Positions 1 through 10,248 of a DNA stretch of 63,291 nt are shown here, in pieces. Each line of letters starts with the position of its first letter. Position 1 is the stretch's first letter. Source of the DNA: Halanaerobiales bacterium (lineage in GTDB: Bacteria; Bacillota; Halanaerobiia; Halanaerobiales; M55B127); assembly GCA_046482435.1 (NCBI GenBank), contig JAWOEZ010000023.1, positions 1-63,291 on the forward strand, read 5' to 3'. The position numbers and the translations under genes are program-made. The notes beneath the pieces are model-generated. The model did no database searches. It saw only the letters and a program-made list of their open reading frames with translations, and had not been told where the DNA came from.

Positions 1-595
1 TCTTGGAATAAAGATATATTTGTAGCTTAAAATATAAACTAAAAGTATCTCCGAGTCTGTAAAAGGATAGGAGTAGTGGGTATGGACTACCCGAATAGGT
101 AACTTGATCGATGTTACGGGTGAAATTCATCTTATGTCCCATAAGATCAAGCGACTATGAAGCTCGGTATTTCAATGCCGAGTAGTTCACGAAGGCAATA
201 TTAACGACAATAATGCAGAAGCAATGCTTAAAATATTAATATTAAAGTATAATGATGAATTAAAAGAACGGTTAGAAGATAAATATTACAAAATTAATAA
301 TCCAGTCAAACAATTAAAATAAAGAACGCGTAAATTTGAAAGAAATTGAGAAGGATGGTTACAGGCAAAAGCTTTAGCTATAGTGGGACCTTTTAGCGGT
401 AGGGGTTGGCTTAAAGGTTTAAAATCAATAGTAACAGTTTAATAATATAATATGAGGTTTCTATATTTCCTACCTTTTTTTGACAGAAACCTCTAAGTAA
501 TACTTTTTGACAATTAAGACAAGTATATATATAATAATTTTAAAAGTAATAAAATAAGTAATTTTTATACATTTTCAAGGAGGTGAAGTATATTT

Positions 596-766
596 ATGGC
601 ATATGTTATTTCAGATGGATGTATTATGTGCGGAGCATGTGAACCTGAATGCCCTGTAGATGCTATAAGCGAAGGGGAAACTCAATATGTAATTGATGCT
701 GACCTCTGTATTGATTGTGCAGCTTGTGCTGAAGTATGTCCGGTAGATGTTATTAGTCCTGAATAA
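596..766 (+). CDS. 2x[4Fe-4S] ferredoxin (56 aa, below the ORF-track size cut-off)
   Basis: Own translation MAYVISDGCIMCGACEPECPVDAISEGETQYVIDADLCIDCAACAEVCPVDVISPE has two CxxCxxCxxxCP motifs. AAGGAGG at 577-583. A hairpin terminator follows. Confidence 0.85.
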   Translation: MAYVISDGCIMCGACEPECPVDAISEGETQYVIDADLCIDCAACAEVCPVDVISPE

Positions 767-791
767 AAAACATAACTTTTAATATACACGA

Positions 792-825
792 CCGGAGCTC
801 GGCCAAAAAGCTCCGGTTTTTATTT
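792..825 (+). terminator. Rho-independent terminator after ferredoxin
   Basis: ccggagct (792-799) pairs with agctccgg (809-816), followed by a T-run. Confidence 0.7.
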
Positions 826-967
826 TATAACTCAATTAATTAAAATTTAAAATATTAAAATGAGATTTAAATATAATAAATATCGAAGCAGGATTTAATT
901 CATACATAGAGAATAAATAAATGTAATAGAGGTTAGTCATTTATAATAACTAAGGAGTTGATATATC

Positions 968-2197
968 TTGAGTACAGTTAAAGAAGTAGACCCTAAAATT
1001 GCAGAATTTATTAAAAAAGAAGAAGAAAGACAGGCCAAACATATTGAACTAATTGCATCAGAAAATTTTGTTAGTGAGGCTGTGTTAGAAGCAGCCGGAT
1101 CGGTCTTAACTAACAAATATGCGGAAGGATATCCCCATAAAAGATATTACGGCGGCTGTGAAGAAGTGGATAAAGTTGAAGATTTAGCTATTGATAGAGC
1201 CAAAAAGATTTTTGGTGCTGAACATGCTAATGTTCAACCGCATTCTGGTTCACAGGCTAATCAAGCTGTATATTTTGCTAAAGTACCTTTAGGGGATACC
1301 ATATTGGCTATGGATTTAAACCATGGTGGACACCTTACTCACGGTAATCCCGTTAATATGTCAGGCAAGTACTTTGATTTTGTACATTATGGTGTTACAA
1401 AAGATGAAGAAATTATCGATTACGACCAGGTGGAAAAATTGGCTAAAAAGTATGAACCAACCCTTATTGTAGCTGGAGCCAGTGCCTATCCGAGGGTTAT
1501 TAATTTTAAAAGGTTTAAACAAATTGCAGATCAAGTTGGAGCCTACTTAATGGTTGATATGGCTCATATTGCTGGTTTAGTGGCAGCAGGCTACCATCCT
1601 AACCCAGTTGAACATGCTGATTTTGTAACCACAACTACTCATAAAACACTGAGAGGTACCCGTGGGGGGATGATTCTATGTAAAGAAGAAGATGCCAAAG
1701 ATATCGATAAAGCTATTTTCCCGGGTATCCAGGGTGGACCCTTAATGCATATAATTGCTGCAAAAGCAGTTGGTTTTAAAGAAGTAATGACAGATGATTT
1801 TAAAGAATACCAAAAACAGATTATAGATAATGCTCAAGCTCTGGCTAAGAAATTGAAGAGTTATGGTTTAAGGCTTGTCTCGGGCGGTACTGATAACCAT
1901 CTGATGTTAGTGGACTTAAATAACACCGATATTACAGGAAAAGAAGCAGAAAATGCTTTAAATAGTGTTGGAATTACAGTAAACAAAAACACCATTCCTT
2001 TTGAAACCCGAAGTCCTTTTGTAACCAGTGGAATTAGAATAGGTACTCCAGCTGTAACAACCCGAGGTATGGAGGAAAAAGAGATGGAATTAATTGGCGA
2101 GTATATATTTGAATGTCTAAAAAATATTGATAATGAAGAAGCATTAAGTAAATTACAAGAAAAAGTATATAAATTATCCGCTAAATTTTTTGGCTAA
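968..2197 (+). CDS. glyA: serine hydroxymethyltransferase
   Basis: 409 aa, TTG start with AAGGAG upstream. Family hallmarks: [29 protein letters not shown] (PLP lysine region). Confidence 0.97.
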   Translation: MSTVKEVDPKIAEFIKKEEERQAKHIELIASENFVSEAVLEAAGSVLTNKYAEGYPHKRYYGGCEEVDKVEDLAIDRAKKIFGAEHANVQPHSGSQANQAVYFAKVPLGDTILAMDLNHGGHLTHGNPVNMSGKYFDFVHYGVTKDEEIIDYDQVEKLAKKYEPTLIVAGASAYPRVINFKRFKQIADQVGAYLMVDMAHIAGLVAAGYHPNPVEHADFVTTTTHKTLRGTRGGMILCKEEDAKDIDKAIFPGIQGGPLMHIIAAKAVGFKEVMTDDFKEYQKQIIDNAQALAKKLKSYGLRLVSGGTDNHLMLVDLNNTDITGKEAENALNSVGITVNKNTIPFETRSPFVTSGIRIGTPAVTTRGMEEKEMELIGEYIFECLKNIDNEEALSKLQEKVYKLSAKFFG

Positions 2198-2310
2198 ATT
2201 GTTGAAATATGTAAGAGAATCAATTAAAATTATATTAGAAAAAGTTTACGATATTGTGGGGAACTCCCCTCAATACGTTTATACACCTATATAGAACAGG
2301 AGAAATTATT

Positions 2311-3108
2311 TTGTATAAATTGATAGTGATTGATTTAGACAACACGCTGTTAAATGGTGAACATAAAATAAGTGAAAGAAACAAAGAAATCGTAAAGAAG
2401 GTCAGGTCAAAAGGACTAGAAGTTATTATAGCAACCGGCCGGATGTATGTTTCAGCTAAACCTTATTTAAAGGATCTATCTCTCAAAAATTCTGCAATAG
2501 TATATAACGGTGCTATGGTAAAAGATATAGAAACTAATAGAACTCTTTACCATAAACCTATTAACAAAAAACATGCGAAAGAAATTATTAGAGATATAAA
2601 AGAAGAAGGACTTCATATAAATTTGTATCAAGATGATAAACTATATGTGGATACAGACAATAAATATAAGCGAAGATATGAAGAGATATCTGGTATAAAG
2701 GCAAATCAAGTAAAGGACTTGACCGAACTAGACTTAGTTGAGCCCACCAAAGTACTTATCATAGAAGATAATCCAGAGCTGCACAAATATTATATAAACT
2801 ATTTAGAACAAAAATACGGCGATAAAATAAATGTTACCGAATCAAAACAATACTTTATTGAAATAGGAGCTCAAGGTGTAAATAAAGGCCATACCCTCCA
2901 ACAGCTAGTTAAGGAAAAAGATATTAAGAGAAAAGAAGTTCTCGCAATTGGTGATAGTTATAATGATATAGAAATGCTCTCATATGCAGGTACAGGTATC
3001 GCGATGGAAAATGCTCCTGAAGATGTTAAGAAAAAAGCTGATATGGTTGCTCCACACCATGAGGATGATGGAGTAGCAATGATACTTGATAAGTTAATAA
3101 TGAATTGA
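2311..3108 (+). CDS. Cof-type HAD-IIB family hydrolase
   Basis: IDLDNTLL and GDSYNDIEML HAD motifs. The track ORF opens at 2254, but TTG 2311 has AGGAG 8 nt upstream and gives the typical N-terminus LYKLIVIDLD. Confidence 0.85.
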   Translation: MYKLIVIDLDNTLLNGEHKISERNKEIVKKVRSKGLEVIIATGRMYVSAKPYLKDLSLKNSAIVYNGAMVKDIETNRTLYHKPINKKHAKEIIRDIKEEGLHINLYQDDKLYVDTDNKYKRRYEEISGIKANQVKDLTELDLVEPTKVLIIEDNPELHKYYINYLEQKYGDKINVTESKQYFIEIGAQGVNKGHTLQQLVKEKDIKRKEVLAIGDSYNDIEMLSYAGTGIAMENAPEDVKKKADMVAPHHEDDGVAMILDKLIMN

Positions 3109-3197
3109 AACTCATTTTAAAAAGAGCTATCATAATAAATAGAAATGGATGTAACTAACTAGTCAGTGTTGTTAAGATAATATTAGGAGGGATTAAG

Positions 3198-4553
3198 ATG
3201 AGTAATTTTAATTTTGCTAAAAAATTTGCTGCAGACAAATTGGTGGAAAAGGCTCTAGATTATGTAAAAAAAGATCCAGAGAACAACTTTCTTAAAATTT
3301 TAAATCTCGCTGATAAATTAGCCAGCCGAGATAAAAACCATAGACAGATTGAAGTAATCAGAGAGAACTTTAAGAAAAACCCTGTGATTGAACAGTATCT
3401 AAAAAAACTTGATCATATAGCTCCCAGTTATATAGAAGGACTTTTAATGAACTTTTTTGTCAATTCTGCTTTATTAGGTTTACCCTATCAACAAAAAATG
3501 GCAGAGAAATTAGGATTCGGTATTCCCTGGGCTATTCTGATGGATCCCACTAGTGCTTGTAATTTAAACTGTAAAGGCTGCTGGGCCGGTAAATATGATA
3601 AAAGTGATACCCTGGGTTTTGAAACTATGGACCGTATAATTAATGAAGCAAAAGAACTGGGCATTTATTTCATTATCTTTTCAGGTGGAGAACCAACCGT
3701 ATATCCTCGTTTATTAGAACTTGTTGAAAAACATCCTGACGTAGGTTTTATGATGTATACTAATGGAACCTTGATTGATAACGAAATGGCTGATAAAATG
3801 CTCGAATTAGGTAATATTACTCCCGCAATTAGTATGGAAGGTGGTAAAAAACACACAGACCGGCGTAGAGGTAAAGGTGTTTATGATAAAATTATGGAAA
3901 CTATGGATCGTTTACAGGAACGGGGTATAATATTTGGAACAAGTCTTACCGCTACCCGCGAAAATGTATATGACCTGTTCGAATCTGATGAATTTTATGA
4001 TATGTTAATTGAAAAAGGTGCTGTATATAGTTGGATTTTTCACTATATGCCGATCGGTAAAGACCCTAATTTAGACATGATGTTAACCCCTGAGCAGAGG
4101 GCTTTTATGGCTGAGAGAATTAATGAACTAAGAGCAAATAAGCCTCTCTTTTCTATAGACTTCTGGAATGACGGAACCTATAGTGGAGGTTGTATTGCCG
4201 GGGGTAGAAGGTATTTTCATATCAATGCAAAAGGTGATGTAGAACCTTGTGCTTTTGTCCACTTTTCAACTGATAACATAAAAGAAATCTCTATAAAAGA
4301 GGCCTTAAATAATCCTTTATTTAAAGAATATCAAAAAAGACAACCCTTTAATGAAAACTCACTTAGACCTTGTCCTATAATCGATAATAATCCAGCCTTA
4401 CGAGAAATAGTTAAAGAATCAGGAGCTGATCCTACTCATAAAGGGGCAGAGGATGTAGTAAGTGAAGAAGTCGGGAAAGAACTTGAAGCATTAGCTAAAC
4501 GTTGGGAAAAAATATCTCGGCCAATTCATGATAAGAGGGTTAGTGATGATTAA
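3198..4553 (+). CDS. radical SAM protein with C-terminal Cys-rich (SPASM-like) region
   Basis: CNLNCKGC (CX3CX2C) after a roughly 110-aa N-terminal extension. GGEPT motif. C-terminal GGCIAGG...EPCAFVHF...RPCPI. Confidence 0.85.
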   Translation: MSNFNFAKKFAADKLVEKALDYVKKDPENNFLKILNLADKLASRDKNHRQIEVIRENFKKNPVIEQYLKKLDHIAPSYIEGLLMNFFVNSALLGLPYQQKMAEKLGFGIPWAILMDPTSACNLNCKGCWAGKYDKSDTLGFETMDRIINEAKELGIYFIIFSGGEPTVYPRLLELVEKHPDVGFMMYTNGTLIDNEMADKMLELGNITPAISMEGGKKHTDRRRGKGVYDKIMETMDRLQERGIIFGTSLTATRENVYDLFESDEFYDMLIEKGAVYSWIFHYMPIGKDPNLDMMLTPEQRAFMAERINELRANKPLFSIDFWNDGTYSGGCIAGGRRYFHINAKGDVEPCAFVHFSTDNIKEISIKEALNNPLFKEYQKRQPFNENSLRPCPIIDNNPALREIVKESGADPTHKGAEDVVSEEVGKELEALAKRWEKISRPIHDKRVSDD

Positions 4554-4583
4554 ATAAAATATTTAAAAATATAGAGAATCATA

Positions 4584-4610
4584 AGCCCCTTTAATGGGGC
4601 TTTTCCTTTT
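4584..4610 (+). terminator. Rho-independent terminator
   Basis: agcccc / ggggct stem followed by a T-rich run. Confidence 0.65.
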
Positions 4611-4679
4611 CTTTACATTAAAATTTATTAGTGATATAATAAGTTTGAATTTTTAACGATTATAAGAGGGGGCATTATA

Positions 4680-5378
4680 GTGAAAATTTGGCAGGTACTC
4701 AAGGATTCAACAGCTCAGACATATGATAAACTATTTAAATTTGCAATTCTAAATATTATTTGGTTTTTCATTTCTGCTGCCGTTATTTTTACGGGATATT
4801 CCGGTCTACTTACTGGTTTTTATCCACTTTTAATTGTACCCCTTATTTTTTTAGGCCCTTTTTTCATGGCAGGACTGATGATTGGTATAGATTATATTAA
4901 TTATAAGGATTTTTCTATCAAAAATTATTTTATTTATATTAAGGAAAATTTCAAGAGAGGCCTCCTAGGTTTTCTCTTTACTTTTTTTATATACCTACTT
5001 TTAATACTTGATTTCATCTTCTTTTTAAGAAAAGGTGCCGATAGCTTATTTATGTTAATTTTAGCAGTATTGGTACTCTATATAATTATCTTTTTTTCCA
5101 TGATGCAGTCTTATTTCTGGGGATTTTTATCAATGGACCGACAAAAAAAGATCAGACATATTATCAAAAATTCTTTTCTAGTAGTAATCGATAATGTAGT
5201 TTTTTCCTTCCTTTGGGTTTTGGTTGTATTTATTCTAACTGCAATTTTGGTAGTAACTGGATTTGGAATGGCTATTTTATTGATGAACTTCCTTGTACTA
5301 ATGATTTTAAATGGAACCATTAGTATTGCTTCGGAGTATGATAAATTACAGATAAAGGAGCTGAATACTGATGAGTGA
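4680..5378 (+). CDS. multi-pass membrane protein (DUF624/YesL-like)
   Basis: 232 aa, GTG start, about 6 hydrophobic spans. N-terminal FKFAILNIIWFF pattern is typical of YesL-like proteins. Confidence 0.6.
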   Translation: MKIWQVLKDSTAQTYDKLFKFAILNIIWFFISAAVIFTGYSGLLTGFYPLLIVPLIFLGPFFMAGLMIGIDYINYKDFSIKNYFIYIKENFKRGLLGFLFTFFIYLLLILDFIFFLRKGADSLFMLILAVLVLYIIIFFSMMQSYFWGFLSMDRQKKIRHIIKNSFLVVIDNVVFSFLWVLVVFILTAILVVTGFGMAILLMNFLVLMILNGTISIASEYDKLQIKELNTDE

Positions 5379-6342
5379 AGATTATTATATCGGAATTGAT
5401 ATCGGTGGTACAAAAATTTTGACAGCCCTTGCTGACGAAAAGGGCCTAATTTTAAATAAAGCTCAGAAGCAGACCGAGTCCGATAAAGGAGAAAAAACGA
5501 TAATCTCTAATATTAAAGACAGTATAGACCGCGTGATTAATAATAGTTCTATAAAAAAGAAAGATGTAAAAAGAATTGGAGTAGGTAGTCCCGGCCCTTT
5601 AGACCTTGAAAAAGGTTTAATAATTGAAAACTCTAATCTTTCATGGACAAATGTTCCAATTGTAAAAATACTGGAGGATATGACGGGAATCCCTGTCATT
5701 CTAGAAAATGATGCAAATGCTGCTGCCCTGGGAGAAAAGCATTTTGGGGCAGGCCGAGAGGCCGATAACATTGTTTACCTTACGATTAGTACCGGGATCG
5801 GGGGCGGTATTATAATTGATAAGAAAATATTTCATGGAGGTAAAGGAAATGCAGGTGAAGTTGGCCATATGACTTTGATTCCCGACAGTAATTATCAATG
5901 TGGCTGTGGGAATTATGGCTGTTTTGAAGCAGTTGCTTCTGGAACTGCTATTGCCCGAAGAGGGCGAGAAGTACTGAAAAAAGAGGCAGATAGTTTAATT
6001 AAAGAATACAGTGAGAATAATCCTGATCGGGTTGATGCTCCTTTGATTGCAGCAGCAGCCAGAGCAGGCGATAAACAGGCTGTTGAAATATTTAAATTAA
6101 CCGGTTGCTTATTGGGAGTTGGAATTTCTAACGTCGTTAATCTCTTCGATCCAGAGATTGTTGTATTAGGTGGGGGAGTTATGCATGCCCAAGAACTTTT
6201 CATAGATGAATTGAGAGCTACTTTGCAGGAAAGGGCATTGACATCAAATCTTGAAAATCTGCAGGTAAAGGAAGTAGGGTTAGGTAAAGATACAGGAGTA
6301 ATGGGAGCAGTTGCTGTTGCTATGGGAGACTGTCTTTATTAA
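5371..6342 (+). CDS. glcK: ROK family glucokinase
   Basis: IGIDIGGTK, ENDANAAALGE and the CGCGNYGCFE zinc motif. ATGA overlap with the upstream ORF. Confidence 0.92.
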   Translation: MSEDYYIGIDIGGTKILTALADEKGLILNKAQKQTESDKGEKTIISNIKDSIDRVINNSSIKKKDVKRIGVGSPGPLDLEKGLIIENSNLSWTNVPIVKILEDMTGIPVILENDANAAALGEKHFGAGREADNIVYLTISTGIGGGIIIDKKIFHGGKGNAGEVGHMTLIPDSNYQCGCGNYGCFEAVASGTAIARRGREVLKKEADSLIKEYSENNPDRVDAPLIAAAARAGDKQAVEIFKLTGCLLGVGISNVVNLFDPEIVVLGGGVMHAQELFIDELRATLQERALTSNLENLQVKEVGLGKDTGVMGAVAVAMGDCLY

Positions 6343-6363
6343 ACCGTAATGATTGGGGGAGTA

Positions 6364-7314
6364 ATGATGAAAAAAGGCCATAAATATATAGTGGGAATTT
6401 TTATTTTAATTTTTCTCACTTCATTTAATATGGTTATCCAGGCAGAAGATGATGTGTTATTTAGTAGAATAGATCCGACTGGAGATGATTATGGGCCGGG
6501 GCATTATAGATACCCTCAACACCCGGTCTTTCAAAATTATGATGGATTGTTCGATATTATAGAATTCAAAGTACTTGAATTAGAAAAGAAGTATGAATTT
6601 CAGTTTAAGTTCACGAAATTGGTTGATGTCTGGAATTCCCGTTATGGATTTAGTTTACCTTTAATTGAAATATACATAGATAATGAGAAAGGTGGTTCAA
6701 CCGAATTATTAGAAAAAGGGGCAAATGTAAGATTAAATCCCGAGTATCCCTGGAACAAACTCCTAACGATTAATGGCTGGTGGATTAGTTTATATTCACC
6801 CGATGACCGGGAAAAAGATGTGGTTGATTTCTCAGTAACGGGTGATGATGTTCCCTGGGTAATTAAGAACCCAGAGATTAGTGTGGAAGAAAACCAAATA
6901 AAATTAAAAATCGAGAAAGAAAAGATCGGTTCACTTAAAAATGCTTACTTATATATATTAGTAGGAGGTTTCGATCCTTTTGGATATGGTCATTACCGAG
7001 AGGTTAGGGGAGAAGTTAATACCTGGTTTTTTTCTACAGAGGGTAAAGCTAATAGTGAATATGCCCCCCGAGTAATTGATCTGATAGTTCCACCTGAAAA
7101 CAGTCAGACTGAACTATTGAGTGATTACGAAGAGGACTATCCACAGGTAGAGCCTGTTTATACTGGAGATAAAAAAGGGTTTATAAAAAGTGGTTATTAT
7201 ATATATCTTATATTGTTACTATTATTGAGTTTGATCGTATATGTGTTTGAAAAAATAATTATAAAAAGGTCTGGTGTTAAGGAAGATGCTGAAAAAGAAC
7301 AAGAAAGCGATTAA
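6364..7314 (+). CDS. membrane-anchored protein with glucodextranase-C-like (SLH-like binding module) domain
   Basis: N-terminal signal/TM segment, DPTGDDYGPGHYRYP...FDIIEFKV signature, C-terminal TM plus an acidic tail. ATG 6364 is preferred over 6349 because GGGGGA lies upstream. Confidence 0.6.
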   Translation: MMKKGHKYIVGIFILIFLTSFNMVIQAEDDVLFSRIDPTGDDYGPGHYRYPQHPVFQNYDGLFDIIEFKVLELEKKYEFQFKFTKLVDVWNSRYGFSLPLIEIYIDNEKGGSTELLEKGANVRLNPEYPWNKLLTINGWWISLYSPDDREKDVVDFSVTGDDVPWVIKNPEISVEENQIKLKIEKEKIGSLKNAYLYILVGGFDPFGYGHYREVRGEVNTWFFSTEGKANSEYAPRVIDLIVPPENSQTELLSDYEEDYPQVEPVYTGDKKGFIKSGYYIYLILLLLLSLIVYVFEKIIIKRSGVKEDAEKEQESD

Positions 7315-8263
7315 CTTTTGTAGGGCTATCATGCAGAAAGTTTCAAGGAGTTTTGCTCTTACTATTCCATTACTTGATGAAAGAATCCGGGTACCTGTCA
7401 TGATTACTTATCTCCAGGATAGATTACTCGATAGTTTTGAGGATGAAGGTGATCTTGACAATAAACTGAGAAGAGAATATATGGATGAAGTTGTAAAACT
7501 ATTTAATTCAGAACTAAACAATGAAAAACAAGTAATCTCAAAAATAGAAGGAATGGATGGTAACTTTACAGGCTCAATTAAAAAACTGGTTGAAAACACG
7601 GATAAATTAAAAATATGTTTTGATTCTCTTGAACCTGAAATCCAGGAGATTTCTTTTAGATGGTTAAAAGAGATGAACGCAGGCATGAAATATTATTTAG
7701 ATGAAGAGGTCAATACCTTCTCTCAATTAGATGAATACTGTTATTATGTGGCCGGTACTGTAGGAGGATTTTTAACTGACCTTTTAATAGAAGTAGGGGA
7801 TATTACAGGGGAAAATAAAAATATTTTAGAGAAAAATTTTGTGGAAGCCGGCCTATTTTTACAGAAAGTTAATATAATAAGGGATATAAAGCTCGATATA
7901 ATGAATCATAGAAAACATTATTGGCCGTTACAAGAACTTGGTATAACCGAAACAGAAATTATTGACCCGTCTTTTGAAGAAAAATCATTAGATGCACTAT
8001 CTAAAATGGTAAAAGATGTGAAGCGGCATTCGGGGGCTTTGTTGGATTACTATCACGCAATACCCCAGGAATGGAGCGGTTATAGAAAGTTTTACTCAGT
8101 TAATAATGCGATGGGATATGCCACCCTAGAGTTAGTGGAAGGCAATACTGATCTCTTTTATGGAGCTAAAAAGCTGAAAATTAAAAAGACAAATGTTTTA
8201 AAGATATTAGCAGTATCAGAAGAATTCTTTTTGAAAAAAGCACAAACAGTTTTAAATCAGTAG
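7286..8263 (+). CDS. squalene/phytoene synthase family protein
   Basis: VSRSFALTI, the Asp-rich LLDSFEDEGD, and NIIRDIKLD...HYWP. Overlaps the upstream gene. The track start is 7274 (GTG); ATG 7286 follows AAGGAAG. Confidence 0.8.
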   Translation: MLKKNKKAINFCRAIMQKVSRSFALTIPLLDERIRVPVMITYLQDRLLDSFEDEGDLDNKLRREYMDEVVKLFNSELNNEKQVISKIEGMDGNFTGSIKKLVENTDKLKICFDSLEPEIQEISFRWLKEMNAGMKYYLDEEVNTFSQLDEYCYYVAGTVGGFLTDLLIEVGDITGENKNILEKNFVEAGLFLQKVNIIRDIKLDIMNHRKHYWPLQELGITETEIIDPSFEEKSLDALSKMVKDVKRHSGALLDYYHAIPQEWSGYRKFYSVNNAMGYATLELVEGNTDLFYGAKKLKIKKTNVLKILAVSEEFFLKKAQTVLNQ

Positions 8264-8290
8264 CCACCTGAGAGAGGTGGTTTTTCCTTT
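8264..8290 (+). terminator. Rho-independent terminator
   Basis: ccacct / aggtgg stem followed by tttttcc. Confidence 0.65.
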
Positions 8291-8355
8291 TTATAAGTAT
8301 AATAATAGAGGATAATAAGTAATTAGAAAGAAATTATAAATATAGGTGATTAATT

Positions 8356-9312
8356 TTGCAAAAAAATAATCAAGCAGACTTAAAGCCAAAAGAAAATATT
8401 ATATATACAATAGTAAATCCGATGTCTTCAAATGGGAAAACCGGTAAAAGGTGGCCCCGATATCGGCAAAAATTCAAAGAAGCCGGGCTGGACCTTCATA
8501 TAAAAGAAACCCACTATCCCGGCCATGCTGTTAACTTAACTAAAAATGGTTTGAATAAAGGATATAAGACCATAATGGCAGTCGGTGGGGATGGCACGGT
8601 AAATGAGATCGTAAATGGATTTTTTGATAATGGGCAGCTCATCGAAGAGGATGCGGTACTTTTAATATTTTCACAGGGTACTGGTTCAGATTATGTGAAA
8701 AGCCTGGGATTAGATAAAAAGATAGAAACAGTGATAGATGTTTACAACCGGTATCAAAAAAAATGGGTGGATTTAGGTAAAATAAAATACAATAATTTTG
8801 ATCAGAAAAAAACCGAAAGATATTTTGTGAATACAGCTGATGTCGGAATTGGAGGAGAAACAGTAGAATATGTAAATCGCGCTTCCAAATTAATGGGGGG
8901 CGTACTAACCTATCTATTCGGGGCTATCCGGACCTTAATTAGATATGAAAACAAGGTAATGAAACTTGATGTAGATCAGAAATTAGTAAAAAACAATTTA
9001 ACAAATAGTGTGATGGTAAGTTTGGGTAAATACTTTGCTGGAGGGATGCCGATCGCCCCTGAAGCAGAGATCGATGATGGTTTTTTTGATATCCTCATCC
9101 TCGGGGACTTAACTAAAGCAGAAACACTTTTGAACCTTTATAAAGCTTACCAGGGTACTCATCTAGATTACCCGAAAATAGATTATCTAAAAGGGAAAGA
9201 TGTGAAAATAGAATCTGAAGAGAGGGTTTTAATAGATATAGACGGTGAAAGTGCCGGAATGTTACCTGCAGAGTTCACGATTCTTAAAGAAAGGTTTCCT
9301 GTCTTAGCTTAA
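8356..9312 (+). CDS. diacylglycerol/lipid kinase family protein (YegS/BmrU type)
   Basis: MAVGGDGTVNEIVNG motif, 318 aa, TTG start. Confidence 0.88.
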   Translation: MQKNNQADLKPKENIIYTIVNPMSSNGKTGKRWPRYRQKFKEAGLDLHIKETHYPGHAVNLTKNGLNKGYKTIMAVGGDGTVNEIVNGFFDNGQLIEEDAVLLIFSQGTGSDYVKSLGLDKKIETVIDVYNRYQKKWVDLGKIKYNNFDQKKTERYFVNTADVGIGGETVEYVNRASKLMGGVLTYLFGAIRTLIRYENKVMKLDVDQKLVKNNLTNSVMVSLGKYFAGGMPIAPEAEIDDGFFDILILGDLTKAETLLNLYKAYQGTHLDYPKIDYLKGKDVKIESEERVLIDIDGESAGMLPAEFTILKERFPVLA

Positions 9313-9381
9313 TAATATTTTACAAGTTATATATAATGTTATAAAATTGAACTGGAGAAGATTATAGGAGTGTATAAAACT

Positions 9382-10233
9382 ATGAAATTTATCTTAATAA
9401 CTGGAATGTCGGGAGCAGGTAAATCTACTGCACTTAACTTTTTTGAAGATAGTGGCTATTTCTGTGTTGATAACCTTCCTCCTGATTTGATTTCTAAATT
9501 TGCAGAACTATGCCTTCACTCTGAAATGAATAAGATTGCCGTGGTCAGCGATATCAGGGGTGGTAAATTCTTCGAGGACTTAACTGAAAAATTAAACTAC
9601 CTGGAAGAAAACCAAATCGCTCATGAAATATTATTTTTAGAAGCTTCTGACAAAGCACTTGTCGATAGATATAAAGAAACCAGACGTAGGCACCCCCTCG
9701 AAAAAGAGGGACGGGTCTTAGACGCTATCCGGGAAGAGAGAAAGAAGCTAGAACAGCTGCGCGGTAAAGCGAATAATGTCATAGACACAACCAGTATTTC
9801 AATAAAAGACTTTATACAGAAATTAAAACGGGATTATTCCGGTGAAGATAAAGATTTACAGGGTCTAACTATAAATGTAATTTCTTTTGGTTTTAAATAT
9901 GGTATTCCCTTGGATGCAGATATGGTATTTGATGTAAGGTTTTTAGCTAACCCCTATTATGTGGATTCTTTAAAGGAATTAACCGGTAAAGATAAAGAAG
10001 TTAAGGATTATATTTTAAAATGGCCGATTACAAAACGTTTTTATGATAAATTTTTAGATTTAATTGACTTCTTAATACCCGAATATGAAAAAGAAGGCAA
10101 AAGTCATTTGAGTATAGCAATCGGTTGTACAGGTGGTCATCACCGTTCAGTTACAACCGTTCTCAAACTCAAGGAATTTTTAGACGCGAAAGGATATGAA
10201 GTTACCATTAATCACAGGGATATAAATAAATAA
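9382..10233 (+). CDS. rapZ: RNase adapter protein RapZ (YvcJ)
   Basis: P-loop GMSGAGKS near the N-terminus and the C-terminal GCTGGHHRSV motif. ATG 9382 preferred over GTG 9370, which overlaps the RBS. Confidence 0.92.
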   Translation: MKFILITGMSGAGKSTALNFFEDSGYFCVDNLPPDLISKFAELCLHSEMNKIAVVSDIRGGKFFEDLTEKLNYLEENQIAHEILFLEASDKALVDRYKETRRRHPLEKEGRVLDAIREERKKLEQLRGKANNVIDTTSISIKDFIQKLKRDYSGEDKDLQGLTINVISFGFKYGIPLDADMVFDVRFLANPYYVDSLKELTGKDKEVKDYILKWPITKRFYDKFLDLIDFLIPEYEKEGKSHLSIAIGCTGGHHRSVTTVLKLKEFLDAKGYEVTINHRDINK

Positions 10234-10248
10234 TTTGGAAGTGGTAGG

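Noticed and set aside
3665-3856. Antisense 63-aa ORF inside the radical SAM gene. Many similar minus-strand ORFs appear in the track, e.g. 5111-5413, 5463-5771, 5913-6203, 7408-7686, 14022-14345, 15210-15428, 15594-15875, 16862-17131, 17332-17583, 27756-28001, 34616-34813, 35303-35542, 37355-38618, 41345-41777.
   Set aside because: All lie wholly inside well-supported + strand genes. They have no RBS and have low-complexity, Ser/Leu/Ile-rich translations typical of shadow frames.
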